Part shown: positions 19,058 to 30,200 of the stretch, in pieces
Numbering within the stretch: position 1 is the first letter of the stretch
How the letters are laid out: each line of letters begins with the position of its first letter
Source: a virus
Taxonomy: Duplodnaviria > Caudoviricetes
Length of the DNA: 53,878 nt
Reading direction: 5' to 3' (one strand)
Virus record (IMG/VR): IMGVR_UViG_3300049172_000115
Span: 1-53,878 of that record
The notes under the pieces: model-generated
Databases searched by the model: none
What the model saw: the letters and a program-made list of their open reading frames with translations, nothing else
What the model was told of the DNA's origin: nothing
Program-made: the position numbers and the translations under genes

Positions 19058-19767
19058 TACCGCCTCCTGCTGGTCTCATACCGGCACGGCGCCGGGAACG
19101 CGCGGCGGATGTGCTGGCCGACCAGCCCACGCGAGAAGGAGTCGGGCATGGTCGACAGGAACGGCGAGCCGGCCGGGAACCGGGGACCACGGTGCAGGAC
19201 CTTCACGTCCTCGATCCGCTCGCCGCCCAGGCCAGCCATGACGCCGTACAACGTCCGCTTGTGCACCACATCCAGGCCCTTCCCGGCGTCCAGCGCCTGC
19301 AACATGCCCTCCTTGTCGACCGGAAGGGGCACGTGCAGCTCGTACGACAGCGGGTCGGGATGCCCGAGGCGCTCGAGGAGCTCGCGCGTCTCCCTCATCC
19401 CTCGCAGGTAGGCCCCCGACGATCGGGAGGCGTAGTACGCCTCCACCTGGCGCACTGGGCCGCGGTGGAGCACCGGCATGGACTCCTGACGCTGCATGAC
19501 GAACATGTCGTCGTTGCAGAGCAGGAACCGCTCGCTCACCTCGGCATGCTCGCAGGCGAGGCGAACGGCCGCTGTCGTGTTGGCGTACTTCGTCTTTCCG
19601 GTCTGCCTGGTGGGGATGTGCCGGACGCCGTGGAGCCACGGCAGCCGGTGACCGACGACCCACACTCGGCCGTGCGGCAGGTGGGCCGCCCACGAGCGCA
19701 GCGCGTAGCGCAGCTGCTCGTTGACGGCCCCCTCCCGCACCGGCACGACGATGTCCGGCGCGCCCAC
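19057..19767 (-). CDS. Stealth-family-like sugar-phosphotransferase
   Basis: EQLRYALRS...PWL...HIP...FLLCNDDMF resembles Stealth conserved region 2. Confidence 0.7.
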   Translation of the reverse strand: MGAPDIVVPVREGAVNEQLRYALRSWAAHLPHGRVWVVGHRLPWLHGVRHIPTRQTGKTKYANTTAAVRLACEHAEVSERFLLCNDDMFVMQRQESMPVLHRGPVRQVEAYYASRSSGAYLRGMRETRELLERLGHPDPLSYELHVPLPVDKEGMLQALDAGKGLDVVHKRTLYGVMAGLGGERIEDVKVLHRGPRFPAGSPFLSTMPDSFSRGLVGQHIRRAFPAPCRYETSRRR

Positions 19768-19769
19768 GG

Positions 19770-20474
19770 TCAGGACGCCAGGCAGAGGTCGCCGGCGACC
19801 GGGGTGTAGGTGCAGGTCGCCTCGGGCGGCGGCACGTTGGTGATGAACGTGCGCCGGTGGCAGGTCGGGCCGAGCGGGGTGAGCAGCGGCCCGGGGGTGC
19901 CGGCCGCGTCGAGGGGCATGACGTCGTACGGGCCGACTCCCCACCCGCCGCCGGCACGGGTCGCGCCGGTCATGGTGAGCGATGCCTGCTCGCTACCGAC
20001 CTCCAGGTCGCCGAGCATGCCGTTCGTGACCCACGGCATCAGGAAGTAGATCCAGCTTCCTTCACCCGCGCCGGTGGCCTCACAGACGTCCTCGCCCAGG
20101 ACCTCGGCCCACAGCTCCAGCGCGAAGCCGCTGTTGCACTGGATCGAGCAGTCGTCGTAGCCGATCGGCTGGCCGTCCCAGCCGTAGACGACCGGGTTAC
20201 CGGTGGTGATCTCGATGAACTCGGGGCTGACGGAGAAGAAGTTGAGCTCGGTGTCGAAACCACGGAATGAGGGGCAACCGCGCTTGAAGCCGCAAATCCT
20301 GCCGTTCGCGGCCTTGTACTCGACGTCCGTGCCCTCCTCGATGTTCGGGTTCATGCCGAGGGTGGCGAAGCAGTCGAAGACAAAGCCGTTGTCCTCACCG
20401 CAGACGGGCCGGCCACAGCCGTCGACCCGGGTCACTCGGATTACGTCGGCGTTGGCGATCAGTGGACAGGGCAC
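19770..20474 (-). CDS. major tail protein
   Basis: IRVTRVDGCG, KAANGRIC, FALELW, YFLMPW motifs. Confidence 0.85.
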   Translation of the reverse strand: MPCPLIANADVIRVTRVDGCGRPVCGEDNGFVFDCFATLGMNPNIEEGTDVEYKAANGRICGFKRGCPSFRGFDTELNFFSVSPEFIEITTGNPVVYGWDGQPIGYDDCSIQCNSGFALELWAEVLGEDVCEATGAGEGSWIYFLMPWVTNGMLGDLEVGSEQASLTMTGATRAGGGWGVGPYDVMPLDAAGTPGPLLTPLGPTCHRRTFITNVPPPEATCTYTPVAGDLCLAS

Positions 20475-20505
20475 GAGGGGCCTCCAACGAAAACTGTGTT
20501 GGTCG

Positions 20506-20539
20506 GCCCGGCCCAGAACCAGCGGCTTCCATGAGTCTA
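20506..20539 (-). promoter_or_regulatory. late leader motif copy 5 with -10 box TAGACT
   Basis: GCCGCTGGTTCTGGGCCGGGC (20526-20506), -10 at 20539-20534. Confidence 0.75.
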
Positions 20540-20594
20540 GCCGCGACCGTGCTTGCGCATCCGGTCGCTCGAGGGGGCGTTGCTCAAGGGTGGG

Positions 20595-20900
20595 TCAGAG
20601 GGTGACGGCGTGCGCGTGCACCGTGACGCCTGGAGCGTTCGCGCCGACCGCCAGGACGCCAATGCCGAGGAGCGTGACCCCGGAGGCGGCCAGGACGTGG
20701 ATGGTGGTCTGCGCTGCTGTGTTGGAGGCGATCCGGGCGGAACGGAATCCGGCCCCGGCCTCCACGGCGATCGTGACGACCGGGGGCGTGGCGAACGCCC
20801 CGGCTGGCCAATTGAACGTTGCGACGCCGTTCCCGTCGGTGACGGCGGTCGCCCGCTCCTGGCGCCGCTGCGGCGCCTCGTAGTCCCCGGCCGTTGCCAT
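20595..20900 (-). CDS. small virion-associated beta protein
   Basis: ATG 20900; similar to the C-terminal domain of 10039-10530. Confidence 0.75.
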   Translation of the reverse strand: MATAGDYEAPQRRQERATAVTDGNGVATFNWPAGAFATPPVVTIAVEAGAGFRSARIASNTAAQTTIHVLAASGVTLLGIGVLAVGANAPGVTVHAHAVTL

Positions 20901-21367
20901 CAAACCTCGCGGGTGGCCGAGACGAGGAGGTCGGACCCGGCGACCCCGGTGAAACCGTAGGCGTCCTGGAGCGATTCGCCCGTGTCGCCGCCGCGGTCCA
21001 CGCCCCACGTAAGCGACGTGCCGGCCGGGACGGTGACGGCCGCGCCGCCGCCGATCGCGACGGCCGCCGTCCCGGCGAGGACGATGAGGGTCACGGAGCG
21101 GGCACCGGCCGGGATCGTGACCGTGCCGGCACCGGCCTGACGCTGGAGCGTGCCGTCGAGGACCGGGTTGACGGTGGCGGTGTCCTCGCAGCGGCGGACG
21201 GTGCCGGTCGGCACGTACCCTGTGACGCCGTCCAGCTCCGTATCGGTAGTGACCGGGACACCGTCCTCCGTGGTGTACCGGCGGAGGAACTGGCCGACGT
21301 CGTCACACAGGACGTCGTACTCGTTGTCAGGGCGGGCGATCGCCACGCTGCCGTTCGTACCGGACAT
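20900..21367 (-). CDS. single-repeat paralog of the giant repeat proteins
   Basis: LCDDVGQFLRRY...TDTELDG..Y.P.G.V..C unit plus shared C-terminal domain; GAGG RBS. Confidence 0.8.
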   Translation of the reverse strand: MSGTNGSVAIARPDNEYDVLCDDVGQFLRRYTTEDGVPVTTDTELDGVTGYVPTGTVRRCEDTATVNPVLDGTLQRQAGAGTVTIPAGARSVTLIVLAGTAAVAIGGGAAVTVPAGTSLTWGVDRGGDTGESLQDAYGFTGVAGSDLLVSATREV

Positions 21368-21439
21368 GAGGTGCCTCCTCGGGCGGGTGAGGACGCGGGC
21401 ACGGGGCCCGCCTGGTGACGGCGGGCCCCGGCGCACTAG

Positions 21440-22529
21440 GGCCTGTATTGGGTCGTGATCAATGAGCGGTTCGTGTGAGGTCCTTGATCCAGATCATGGT
21501 GGCGCGGAGGTGGAGTCCGGCGAGGTAGCTCTCGGGGGTCTTGTCGTAGCGGGTGGCGATGCCGCGCCACGCCTTGAGCCTGTTGATCAGGCGCTCGACG
21601 GTGTTGCGTTCCTTGTACAGATCGGTGTCGTGGGTGACGGGCCGGCCTCCCCGGCAGCCCTTCTTCTTCCGGTTGGCCGCCTGGTCCTTCTTCTCCGGGA
21701 TGACCGCCTTGATGTGTCGTTTGCGCAGGTAGGCGCGGTTACCGCGGGAGGAGTACGCCTTGTCTCCGGCGACCGCGTCCGGCCTGGTGCGGGGCCGGCC
21801 AGCCGGCCCCCGGACGCGCAGTTTGCCGAGCACGGGGATGAACTGCGGGCTGTCGGCGGCCTGTCCGGCGGTCAGCGTGAGCACGAGCGGCCGGCACCTG
21901 CGGTCGGCCGCGACGTGGACCTTGCTGGTCTGCCCGCCCCGCGAGCGTCCGAGCAGGGCGGCCTTCAGGCGGAGCTTGCGGCGTCGCCGGACGCGTCTGC
22001 GTTCGGCCCGCCCGGCCTTGCCTTCGGCGTCTTGTCCGACTTGTTCCTCGCTGTCGCCCCCCTTGAGCGGGACTTCTCCTCAGCGGCCTCCTCCAGAGCC
22101 GCGAGCACCTCCGGGGCGAGGCGCATGCCGGCCGCATCATGGTGGGCCCGGGCCGTGGTGGAGTCCACGCTGACCAGCGACAGGTCCACCTGGCCCCGCT
22201 CCGCCGCCTCGGCGATCATCCCCTCGAGCAGGGCTTCGAAGACCCCGGCGTCCCGCCACTGCCTGAAGCGGTTGTGCACGGTGGACCAGGCGCCGAACTC
22301 GAACGGCATCTCCCGCCACTGCGCTCCCGCGCGAAACCGCCAGATCACGCCCTCGAACTGCTGCCGCAGCCTGGTGGGATACGGGCCGTATTCGCCAACT
22401 GGCAAGTACGGCTCGATGAACTCCCACTCGTCATCCGTCAGTTGCGCCCGCGTCATGCACTCCGGACTACCGGATCCGCTCTCGACGCGGGGGCAGAATC
22501 GGCAGATTGATCACGACCCGATACAGGCC
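21440..22529 (-). mobile_element. IS5-family insertion sequence, 1090 bp
   Basis: 24-bp terminal IRs GGCCTGTAT(T/C)GGGTCGTGATCAAT with one mismatch; CTAG on both sides (21436-21439, 22530-22533). Confidence 0.95.
21459..22456 (-). CDS. IS5-family transposase in two frames joined by a frameshift near 22060
   Basis: OrfA LTDDEWEFIEPYLP...VDSTTARAH; OrfB GRSRGGQTSKVH...GDKAY...RNTVER...ATRYDK; AAGGGGGG run at 22064-22057. Confidence 0.9.
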
Positions 22530-23201
22530 CTAGTCGCTGATCTTCTTGAAGGCGAGCCGGGTATTACCGGTCTGGACGGCGGTGACGTTGACCGCCGTCC
22601 CGTTGATCGTGTTGCGGCTCGCCTCCAGACGGATCACCACCGCCCCGGTCACCGTCACGAACTTGTGGAAGGTGCCCAGGGCCACCCGCGCGGCCTGCCC
22701 GCTCGGGCTCTGCTCGTTGATCTGCTGGACGGTGTAGTCGGTGCCCGGGATCGCGTTGCCGCCGGTCACGTTGAACAGGCGCGCGGAGAGGTTCACGGCG
22801 AAGGGCACCCCGGCCGCGCCCATCGTGATCATGGACCGCACGGTCGCCGTGATCTCGTAGACGCCTGCCTCGGGCAGGTTGACGGAGAGCCCCGTGTCCA
22901 CCCATGCATCGTTCGCGGGGGCGAGCATGTCCACCGGGGCGGCGAGCAGTTCCTCCCCGAAAGCCGGCGTGAGCCGAGCCCCTACCTGCCACTCCTGCGG
23001 GCAGTCCGTCCCGGCCGGGGCAATGACGTCGATGTCCACGGAGCGGGCCCCGCCCACGGCGGTACCCGGGGCGATGCCCTCCAGCGCGGTGGACGGGACC
23101 AGGAGGCCGCTGCCGGTCTCGGTGAGGGCGTTGCAGGGGTTGGGGTCCACGGTGGCCGCCGCTGCGCCCACGGTGCCGATTCCGGCGTTGGTTCCACTCA
23201 T
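22530..23201 (-). CDS. virion-associated beta-sandwich protein (possible fibre head)
   Basis: ATG 23201 coupled to upstream stop; LPEAGVYEITATV beta-rich C-terminal domain. Confidence 0.75.
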   Translation of the reverse strand: MSGTNAGIGTVGAAAATVDPNPCNALTETGSGLLVPSTALEGIAPGTAVGGARSVDIDVIAPAGTDCPQEWQVGARLTPAFGEELLAAPVDMLAPANDAWVDTGLSVNLPEAGVYEITATVRSMITMGAAGVPFAVNLSARLFNVTGGNAIPGTDYTVQQINEQSPSGQAARVALGTFHKFVTVTGAVVIRLEASRNTINGTAVNVTAVQTGNTRLAFKKISD

Positions 23202-26200
23202 GACAGGTACGTCCAGTTCAGGAGAAATGCGCTGGCAGGATCGGCTCCGGCGAAGGAGGCCGCGGTGAGGGCGCTGTCGGTGTCCTTCGATACGGACCAC
23301 GTGAGGGTCACGCCCGCCGGGATCGCCACGGCGGTGCCGTCGCTCATGTTTGCGTTGACCACGCCTTCGAGTACGGCGAGGCTGACGGACTGGAGAGTGG
23401 CGAACTCTGCGGCGAGGTCCTGGACCGTGGTGCCGGTGACGCTGCGGACCCCGGTGGAGACGGCGTCCGGCGTCGGCCCCTCGGTGTCCGTCGTGGAGCC
23501 GCCGCAGGGGGCCACGTGCCAGCCGTCGGGGACGCTGTCCTGCCGCTGCCCGTCCTCGTCGATGTAGTAGACCGAGCCGTCACAGCACACCATCCGCGTC
23601 CACGAACGCGTCTCCGGGATCACCTCGTAGAACACCTTCAGGTGCACCATCAGCCCGGCGCCGCCGCCGACGGTCTCCTCCACGTCCAGGTAGAGGTAGT
23701 TCCGGCCGGCCGTGGCGCCGGGGATGGTGTCAGGGCCGAAGGTGTACGTCGTCCCGTTGTGCGTGGCGGTGGCCGGGAGGGTCTGCCACGCGCCGTCATT
23801 GAGGCGGAACGCGCGCCCGATCTGGTCCGCGTTGAACACCGTTGCCTGGACCTTGATGGTTGCCGGGTCGGCGTTGTCCGGCAGGTCGAAGTACGCGCGC
23901 GGGAACCAGTGGGCGTTGAGCAGTGACGGGCCCTCGTTCGACCAGGCCGGGCTCGACTGCGCCGACGCGCCAAAGGGATGCGGGCTCACCCACCACGCCG
24001 GGCGCTCCGTGTCGGAGTCCGTCACGCTCCAGGCGCCGGAGTACTGGTACTGATACATGTCGTACCAGGGCGGGTTCACCGCGTTGAGGTCCGTGGTCCA
24101 CTTCCACACCGGGTCAACCGTGTTGTCGTTGCGGTGGTCCTCGTTAGAGATGAACTCCGCCGACTGAATCGGATCCTGTTGGATGCAGACCTGGACGGGC
24201 TTGCAGCAGTCGTCATTGCACTGGCCGACCGTGCCGGCGCCCCCGTTGAAGAGAGTCATGCCGTTGAGGAGGGTGTCCGTCACGCGGGATACGGCGCCGG
24301 TGGACGCGTTGTAGACGATGTGCCGCAGGAACGGCGTCACGGTGCCGTCCGGCGCTGTGTGGCACAGGAGCAGCGGCTCCGCGTCGGCGCCCTCGGGCTG
24401 GTCCTGCGTCGGCTGGCACACCTTGACCGTGGCCGGCGGCGCGTAGGCCGTGGTGCCGTCAAGGAGCGTGTCCGTGGTGCTCGTGACCATGCCCTCGCAG
24501 TCGCGGCAGATGCGGCGGAGGAACTGGACGGTCGGGGTGACCTGGAGGGCACCGACCCACGAGGTGCGGAACGCCCCGTTGACGGCCCTGCGGGGGCCGA
24601 GGAAGAGCGTCGTCAGGGTGGACACCGGGCCGGGGGTGCGGAACCGCGCGGACACGGCACGGGTGGGGTTGGCCAGGTTGGCGCCGGTCGGGTCGGCGGG
24701 CTGCACGCCGGTCACGCACGCCAGGCCGGTAGCCGCGTTGTAGACCCACCCGGTGGGGAGGCTGACGACCTCCAGCCCGGCCGGGAGCTGCATGCAGTTG
24801 TCGTCCGGCTCCGCCGCGGCGCTGATGTAGCCCATGTACACGGAGAACTCGACGACCGACGGCTCACTGAAGGTGAACGTGTACGGCGGGACCTGGACGT
24901 TCGGGAAAGACGCGGGATTGCCCCACCAGGCGCCGTCAGCGTTGCTGACGCTACTTGAGACGGTGGTGGAGTTGCCCTTCGCCTGCCACGTCACGCCGTT
25001 GGCGAGCGTCCCAGAGGACACGCCCTGACCGGTGATGGTGGCGGGGTCCTCCGCGCACAGAACCAGCGTTTCGCAGTCGAGGCACTCGGCTTCGGCCTCG
25101 CGGTCGGTGCAGACCCCAACCTCGCCGACGGGCGTGTACGGGGTGCCGTCCAGGCTCGTGTCCGTCGTGGACACCGTCTCTCCTGTGGCGCAGTCCGTGA
25201 CGACCGCGCGGAGGAACTGGGTCGTCTCCCCGGTGCTGGTGTCGCAGGGCTCCACCTCGGTCGGGGTGACCGTGACCGCGAAGGTGTCGGCCGTCCACGA
25301 CTTGGAGCCGAAGTGGGCGGTCTCCAGGTCCATGGCGATGTGGACGTTCCCGGCGAGGAGGTCCGCCCAAGGGACGGATCCCGTGATGGACATGTTCCGG
25401 AAGCCGCCGACGGAGACCGACAGGGCCGCCTGGTTGGCGACGATCGTCGCGCCGTTGTGGAGGTGCCACCGGCCGCATGTCGCCTGCCCGGCCACGGGGC
25501 CCTCGTTGACGATGTGGCAGGTCAGCGTGAGCGTGACGTTCGCGGGCGGGTTACAGATCTGCGCCGCGCCCTCCACGCCGATCCGAGCGGCCATGATGCG
25601 GTGGGTCGGCTCGACCGCCTCCCCACCCGCCGGCGGGGCGACAACGACCGTGCCGCCGTCCCAGAACGGCTGCCCGGACACCAGAGTCGGCAGGTTGGTG
25701 ACACCGTCCGGGATGATGAACGGCGTCGGGTCCACGTCGGTGTACGAGAGCCGGGAAGCGAGCTGGATCGGCCCGGAAGGCGTGGTGTCGCAGAGGGTCA
25801 GGAGGCTCGTGGTGCGGCACGGCTCCGAGCAGACGCCGACGGTGCCGGCCGGGACGTACGCGGTGCCGTCCAAGGTGTAGTCGGAGTGCCCGACGATGGC
25901 GCCGTTCTCGTCGCGGGCGTAGTCCCGCACGAACTGGACGACGGTGCCGTCCGTGGCGGTGTCGCAGAGTTGGACGAGGTCCCGCTCGGGCTGCTCGACG
26001 CCGGCCGGGCAGACGGTGACGGTGCCGGTCGGGGTGTAGGTGCCGCCGGTGACGGCGTCGACCAGGCGCACGGAGGCGATGGCCCCGGTGTCGTCGTAGG
26101 TGTACTCCACGAGGACCAGGCCGAGGACGTCGCCGGTCGCGTCGTCCACGTCGCAGAAGGTCCCGGAGACCTGGATGCTGCGGGACTCCCCACAGGCCAC

Positions 26201-27289
26201 GGTCCCGACCGGGACGACCCCGGCGGACCACGCGCCCGTAGAGAGGTTGATCCATCCCTCGCTGGCGACGGCGCCGGTGCAGTCCCTCACGACGGTCACC
26301 GCGATGGGCGTTCCGTCCGCCAGGCACAGGCCGACCGAGGTGACCGGAGTGGTGGGTGACTCACAGGCGGACTCTTCGGTGACGGGGCAGGTGCCCACGG
26401 TGCCCTGCACGGCGTAGACGGTCGTGCCATCCAGCTCCGTGTCCGTGATCGTGACCGCGCCCTGGCAGTCGCGGCACAGGTGCCGCATGAACTGGTGCGC
26501 CTCTGTCGTAGAGGTCCCCGGCACACCCGGCCCGAGCAGGGAGACGTCGTCCAGGAGGGCGTCAATGAAGTCGCCGCCGACCTGATCGGTGAACCTGACC
26601 GTCAGGGTGGTGTCGGTGGCGACGATCGGCACGGGGCCGACCACGCCGTCCGCCGGCCACAGCGGGCCGCCGCTGACGTCGGCGGGCGCGATGGTCTCGG
26701 AGTGCAGGACCGCACCGGAGCCGTCCAGGACCTCCACCAGCACGCTTTGCGGCGTGGTGCCGCCCGTGCTCCAGATTCCGATGCGGGCCGACAGGTTGTA
26801 CGTCAGGCCGGGGGTGACGGACGTGGTCTGCTCGGCGCTCCCCGCGGCCTGGTTGTCCGGGGACAGGTCGAGGAACCCCACCGACCCGTCAGGGCTGCTG
26901 GAGGGGACGTAGCGTGCGCTACCGCCCAGCGTCCACCCCGAGTCGTCCGCCGCGAACTGACCGTTGATGATGCGCTCCGGGGTCTCGCCCGGGACGGTGA
27001 CCGTGGTGAGGTCGCACAGGATGTGCGTCTGGCAGTCCGGGCATGTGCTGGTAGCCGCGCACTGCTGAAGCTCGCCCTGCACCGTGTAGGCCGCGCCCGT
27101 CGCGGGGTCAACGGTCCGGGTGCCGACGCGGTCACCGGTGTTGGTGTCGTAGATGGGCTCCACGAGGGCGACACCGGCCACCGTGCCGTCCGGGAGGACA
27201 TCGCACAGCAGGACGGTCTCCACGTCCACCCGGGGGGTTGCAGCAGCCCCAGAGACGATGACGGGCCCCTGCCCGCAGCATCCACTCAC
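23198..27289 (-). CDS. giant Cys-rich modular repeat protein 1 (1363 aa), putative head fibre/decoration
   Basis: GTG 27289 coupled to upstream stop; repeated LCD...FLR...DT.LDGT.Y..G.VG.C units with inserted jelly-roll-like domains. Confidence 0.85.
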   Translation of the reverse strand: MSGCCGQGPVIVSGAAATPRVDVETVLLCDVLPDGTVAGVALVEPIYDTNTGDRVGTRTVDPATGAAYTVQGELQQCAATSTCPDCQTHILCDLTTVTVPGETPERIINGQFAADDSGWTLGGSARYVPSSSPDGSVGFLDLSPDNQAAGSAEQTTSVTPGLTYNLSARIGIWSTGGTTPQSVLVEVLDGSGAVLHSETIAPADVSGGPLWPADGVVGPVPIVATDTTLTVRFTDQVGGDFIDALLDDVSLLGPGVPGTSTTEAHQFMRHLCRDCQGAVTITDTELDGTTVYAVQGTVGTCPVTEESACESPTTPVTSVGLCLADGTPIAVTVVRDCTGAVASEGWINLSTGAWSAGVVPVGTVACGESRSIQVSGTFCDVDDATGDVLGLVLVEYTYDDTGAIASVRLVDAVTGGTYTPTGTVTVCPAGVEQPERDLVQLCDTATDGTVVQFVRDYARDENGAIVGHSDYTLDGTAYVPAGTVGVCSEPCRTTSLLTLCDTTPSGPIQLASRLSYTDVDPTPFIIPDGVTNLPTLVSGQPFWDGGTVVVAPPAGGEAVEPTHRIMAARIGVEGAAQICNPPANVTLTLTCHIVNEGPVAGQATCGRWHLHNGATIVANQAALSVSVGGFRNMSITGSVPWADLLAGNVHIAMDLETAHFGSKSWTADTFAVTVTPTEVEPCDTSTGETTQFLRAVVTDCATGETVSTTDTSLDGTPYTPVGEVGVCTDREAEAECLDCETLVLCAEDPATITGQGVSSGTLANGVTWQAKGNSTTVSSSVSNADGAWWGNPASFPNVQVPPYTFTFSEPSVVEFSVYMGYISAAAEPDDNCMQLPAGLEVVSLPTGWVYNAATGLACVTGVQPADPTGANLANPTRAVSARFRTPGPVSTLTTLFLGPRRAVNGAFRTSWVGALQVTPTVQFLRRICRDCEGMVTSTTDTLLDGTTAYAPPATVKVCQPTQDQPEGADAEPLLLCHTAPDGTVTPFLRHIVYNASTGAVSRVTDTLLNGMTLFNGGAGTVGQCNDDCCKPVQVCIQQDPIQSAEFISNEDHRNDNTVDPVWKWTTDLNAVNPPWYDMYQYQYSGAWSVTDSDTERPAWWVSPHPFGASAQSSPAWSNEGPSLLNAHWFPRAYFDLPDNADPATIKVQATVFNADQIGRAFRLNDGAWQTLPATATHNGTTYTFGPDTIPGATAGRNYLYLDVEETVGGGAGLMVHLKVFYEVIPETRSWTRMVCCDGSVYYIDEDGQRQDSVPDGWHVAPCGGSTTDTEGPTPDAVSTGVRSVTGTTVQDLAAEFATLQSVSLAVLEGVVNANMSDGTAVAIPAGVTLTWSVSKDTDSALTAASFAGADPASAFLLNWTYLS

Positions 27290-30200
27290 AGCGTTACTCC
27301 GATCGTGTACGAGAGGGTGACGGTGCCCGTGTCCGCCGTGATGGTGAGAGGGCCGGTCAGCAGGGCGTCGGTGTCCCGGGCAACGGACCAGGTGGCCGCC
27401 TCGCCGGTGTGGAGGGTGCTCGGGCCGTCCAGGGTCGTGACCGTGCCGGTGCCTCCGTGCGCGATTGCCGTGACGGACTGGAGCGTTGGCCAGCCCTCCG
27501 CGTCCCACGTCTCGCCGGCCGCGAGCTCCACGCGACGGGCCTGGACCCCGATGGCGGGCTCGGCGCCCTCGCCCGTTTCCGCGCAGTCGATCGGGGCGAC
27601 CGGCACATAGGGGGCGGACAGGTCGGCCATGTAGGTGCCGAGGCTCGTGAGGGCGCCCTCGCAGTCCACGCCGAGCAGCTCGACGTAATCGGTGTCCGCG
27701 ATGCCGTCGCCGTCAGCGTCGTCGCACCGGCACGCCTCCATCACGGTGTTCGCGCCGCACGGCGGGACCGTCACGGACGACCCGTCACCATCCCCCGCGC
27801 ACTGGCCGACCTCGCCGGCCACCGTGTACGGCGTCGCGCCGTCCAGGGCGAGGTCCTGGGAGGAGGTGAGGCCGCCGTCGCAGTCGAAGGTGAAGCGCCG
27901 CAGGAACGGTGTGCGGGTGACGGTCAGGACCGCCGTCCGCACCTCGAACGGCATGAGGAACAGGTCACGGTCGTTGACCGGCCCTCCGGTCGTCAGGTCG
28001 GTGAACCGGATCGTGACCGCGCCCGTCGCGGGAGCGATGAACGCCAGGGGCGGCAGGTCCTCGGACAGCACGCCGCCCGGGAACACGTTCGACCCGTTGG
28101 AGACGTTCCGCGTCCTCGTGGCGAGCACCGTCGCGCCGTCGAGGATGTCCAACCGGTAGATCGCGGCGTTGTTGACCGGGTCGGCCCCTCCCGCACCGAT
28201 CCACGCGGACGCGAACCGGAACTCGTACAGCACGGCCGGGAGCAGCCCGCCGACGGTGAGCTCCGCTACGCCGTTGGCCTCCTGGTTGGCCTGGGCGAAC
28301 CACAGGGTGGTGCCCCCGTTGGCGGCCACCACGTTCCCGGTCAGCGTGAAGTCGCCGGCCGGGGTAGGGATCGGGGCTTGCGGGTCGTACGTCAGGTCAC
28401 AGAGCTGGACGACCTCGGTGTCCCCGCAGGGCTGGACGGTCGTGCCGCCGCCGCTCGCCGGGATGCACTGGCCAGCCTCGCCGGTGACCGTGTAGGGGTC
28501 GCCGTCCAGGGTGGTATCCGTGACCGCCGTGACCTCGCCCGTCTCACAGTCCACCGTGACGTTCCGGAGGAACTGCGTCTCGCATCCGGTCTGGTCGTAG
28601 GCCACCGTGGCGGCGAACTCGGTGAGTCGCCATCCGGTGCGGCGCGGCGGCGGGCAGGTGGTGCCGCTGTCGTCGTAGGCGTCGAATGCGACCAGGACGG
28701 CGATGTTCCCGGCGGCGAGGTCGTCGGCCGGGACGTCGGCCTCGGCAGTGAGCGTGCCCGACCATCCGGCAGGGGTGTCGGGCGGGGCGAGCGCGAGGGC
28801 GATCCGGTTCGCTTCGCCGGTGCCGTTGTAGAGGCCGAGGAATCCGGTGGCCCGGCAGCCGTTGTCCGGGCCGAGCTGGGTGACGTCGACCTGCACCGTC
28901 ACGTGGGCGGTGCCGGTGTCGCAGACGGGCCGCGGGGTCTGGATGATCGCTGCGGCGGTGCGTACGGTGCCGGTCGTGCCCGGCTGCGGCCCTGCTGCGT
29001 CCGGGAGGGTGAGCGTGCCGCCGTCCCACAGGGTTTGCGCCCCTGGGATGGCCACGCCTGTGGTGTACGGGTAGTAGGGCGCGCCGGGGGTGTCGGTGAC
29101 GGTCGGGGCCGGTGTCCCGTCGGTGGGCAGGTCGCACAGCAGGAGGCTGCTGGTGTTGCGGCACGGCTCCTCGGGGCAGCAGGCTCCGCCGCTCGCGGTG
29201 CATTGGCCGACCTCGCCGGCCGGGGTGTACGGCGCGCCGTCGAGGGTGGTGTCCGTGACGGCGGTGACCTCGCCCGTCTCGCAGTCCACCGTGACGTTCC
29301 GGAGGAACTGGGTCTCGCATCCGGTCTGGTCGTAGATGACGCTGGTGGCGGCCTGGTCCACGATCCAGCCGCCGACGTGGGCGGCGGTGTGCCAGGTCTC
29401 CAGCATGGCGGCGAGGCGGACGTTCCCGGCGGCGAGGTCGGCGGCCGGGACCTGCCCGGACACGGTGAGGGTGCCGGTGTAGCCGACCGGCGTGTTGTTG
29501 GGGGTGGTCACGATGGCGACGCGGGTGCTGCCCGCCCACAGGGCCCACAGGCCGTTGCCGCCGAGCGCCGAGGAGGGGCCGGTGCGCTGGACGCGGATGC
29601 TGGCTGTGACGGTGGCGGTGCCGGTGTCGCAGCCGGGCCGCGGTGCCTGGACGTTCGCCGCGATCGAGCGCAGGTGCTGGTTGATGTGGCCGGGGCCGGC
29701 CGCGCTGTCCGCCGGGATGCTGATGGCGCCGCCCGCCCACAGGTTCGCGGCGCCGCCCGGGAGCGGCTCCGCTCCGAGTCCGGTCCCCTGGTAGGGGGTG
29801 GGGTCGGTGTCGCTGACCGTGGGCGTGGGCTCGCCGGCGGTCGGCAGGTCGCACACAAGGAGCGCGCTCGAGGTGCGGCACGGCTCCGGGGCGAGACGTC
29901 CGCACTGGCCGACCTCACCGGTGGGTGCGTACGCGGAGCCGTCCAGGGCGTAGTCCGTGTGGCCGTTGATCTGCCCGCTCGCCGGGTCTCGCCGGTAGTC
30001 GCGGAGGAACGCCGTGGTGGTTCCGTCCGCCGCGGTGTCGCACAGGACGGTCAGGTCCTGCTCTGGCTGTGTCTCGGTTCCGCCGGGGCAGCGCCGTAGC
30101 TCGCCCTGGAGGGTGTAGGTGGCGCCGGTGGCCGGGTCGACCAGGCGCACGGAGGCCAGGGAGCCGTCCGGGTTGTAGGCGTACTCCACGAGGACCAGGC

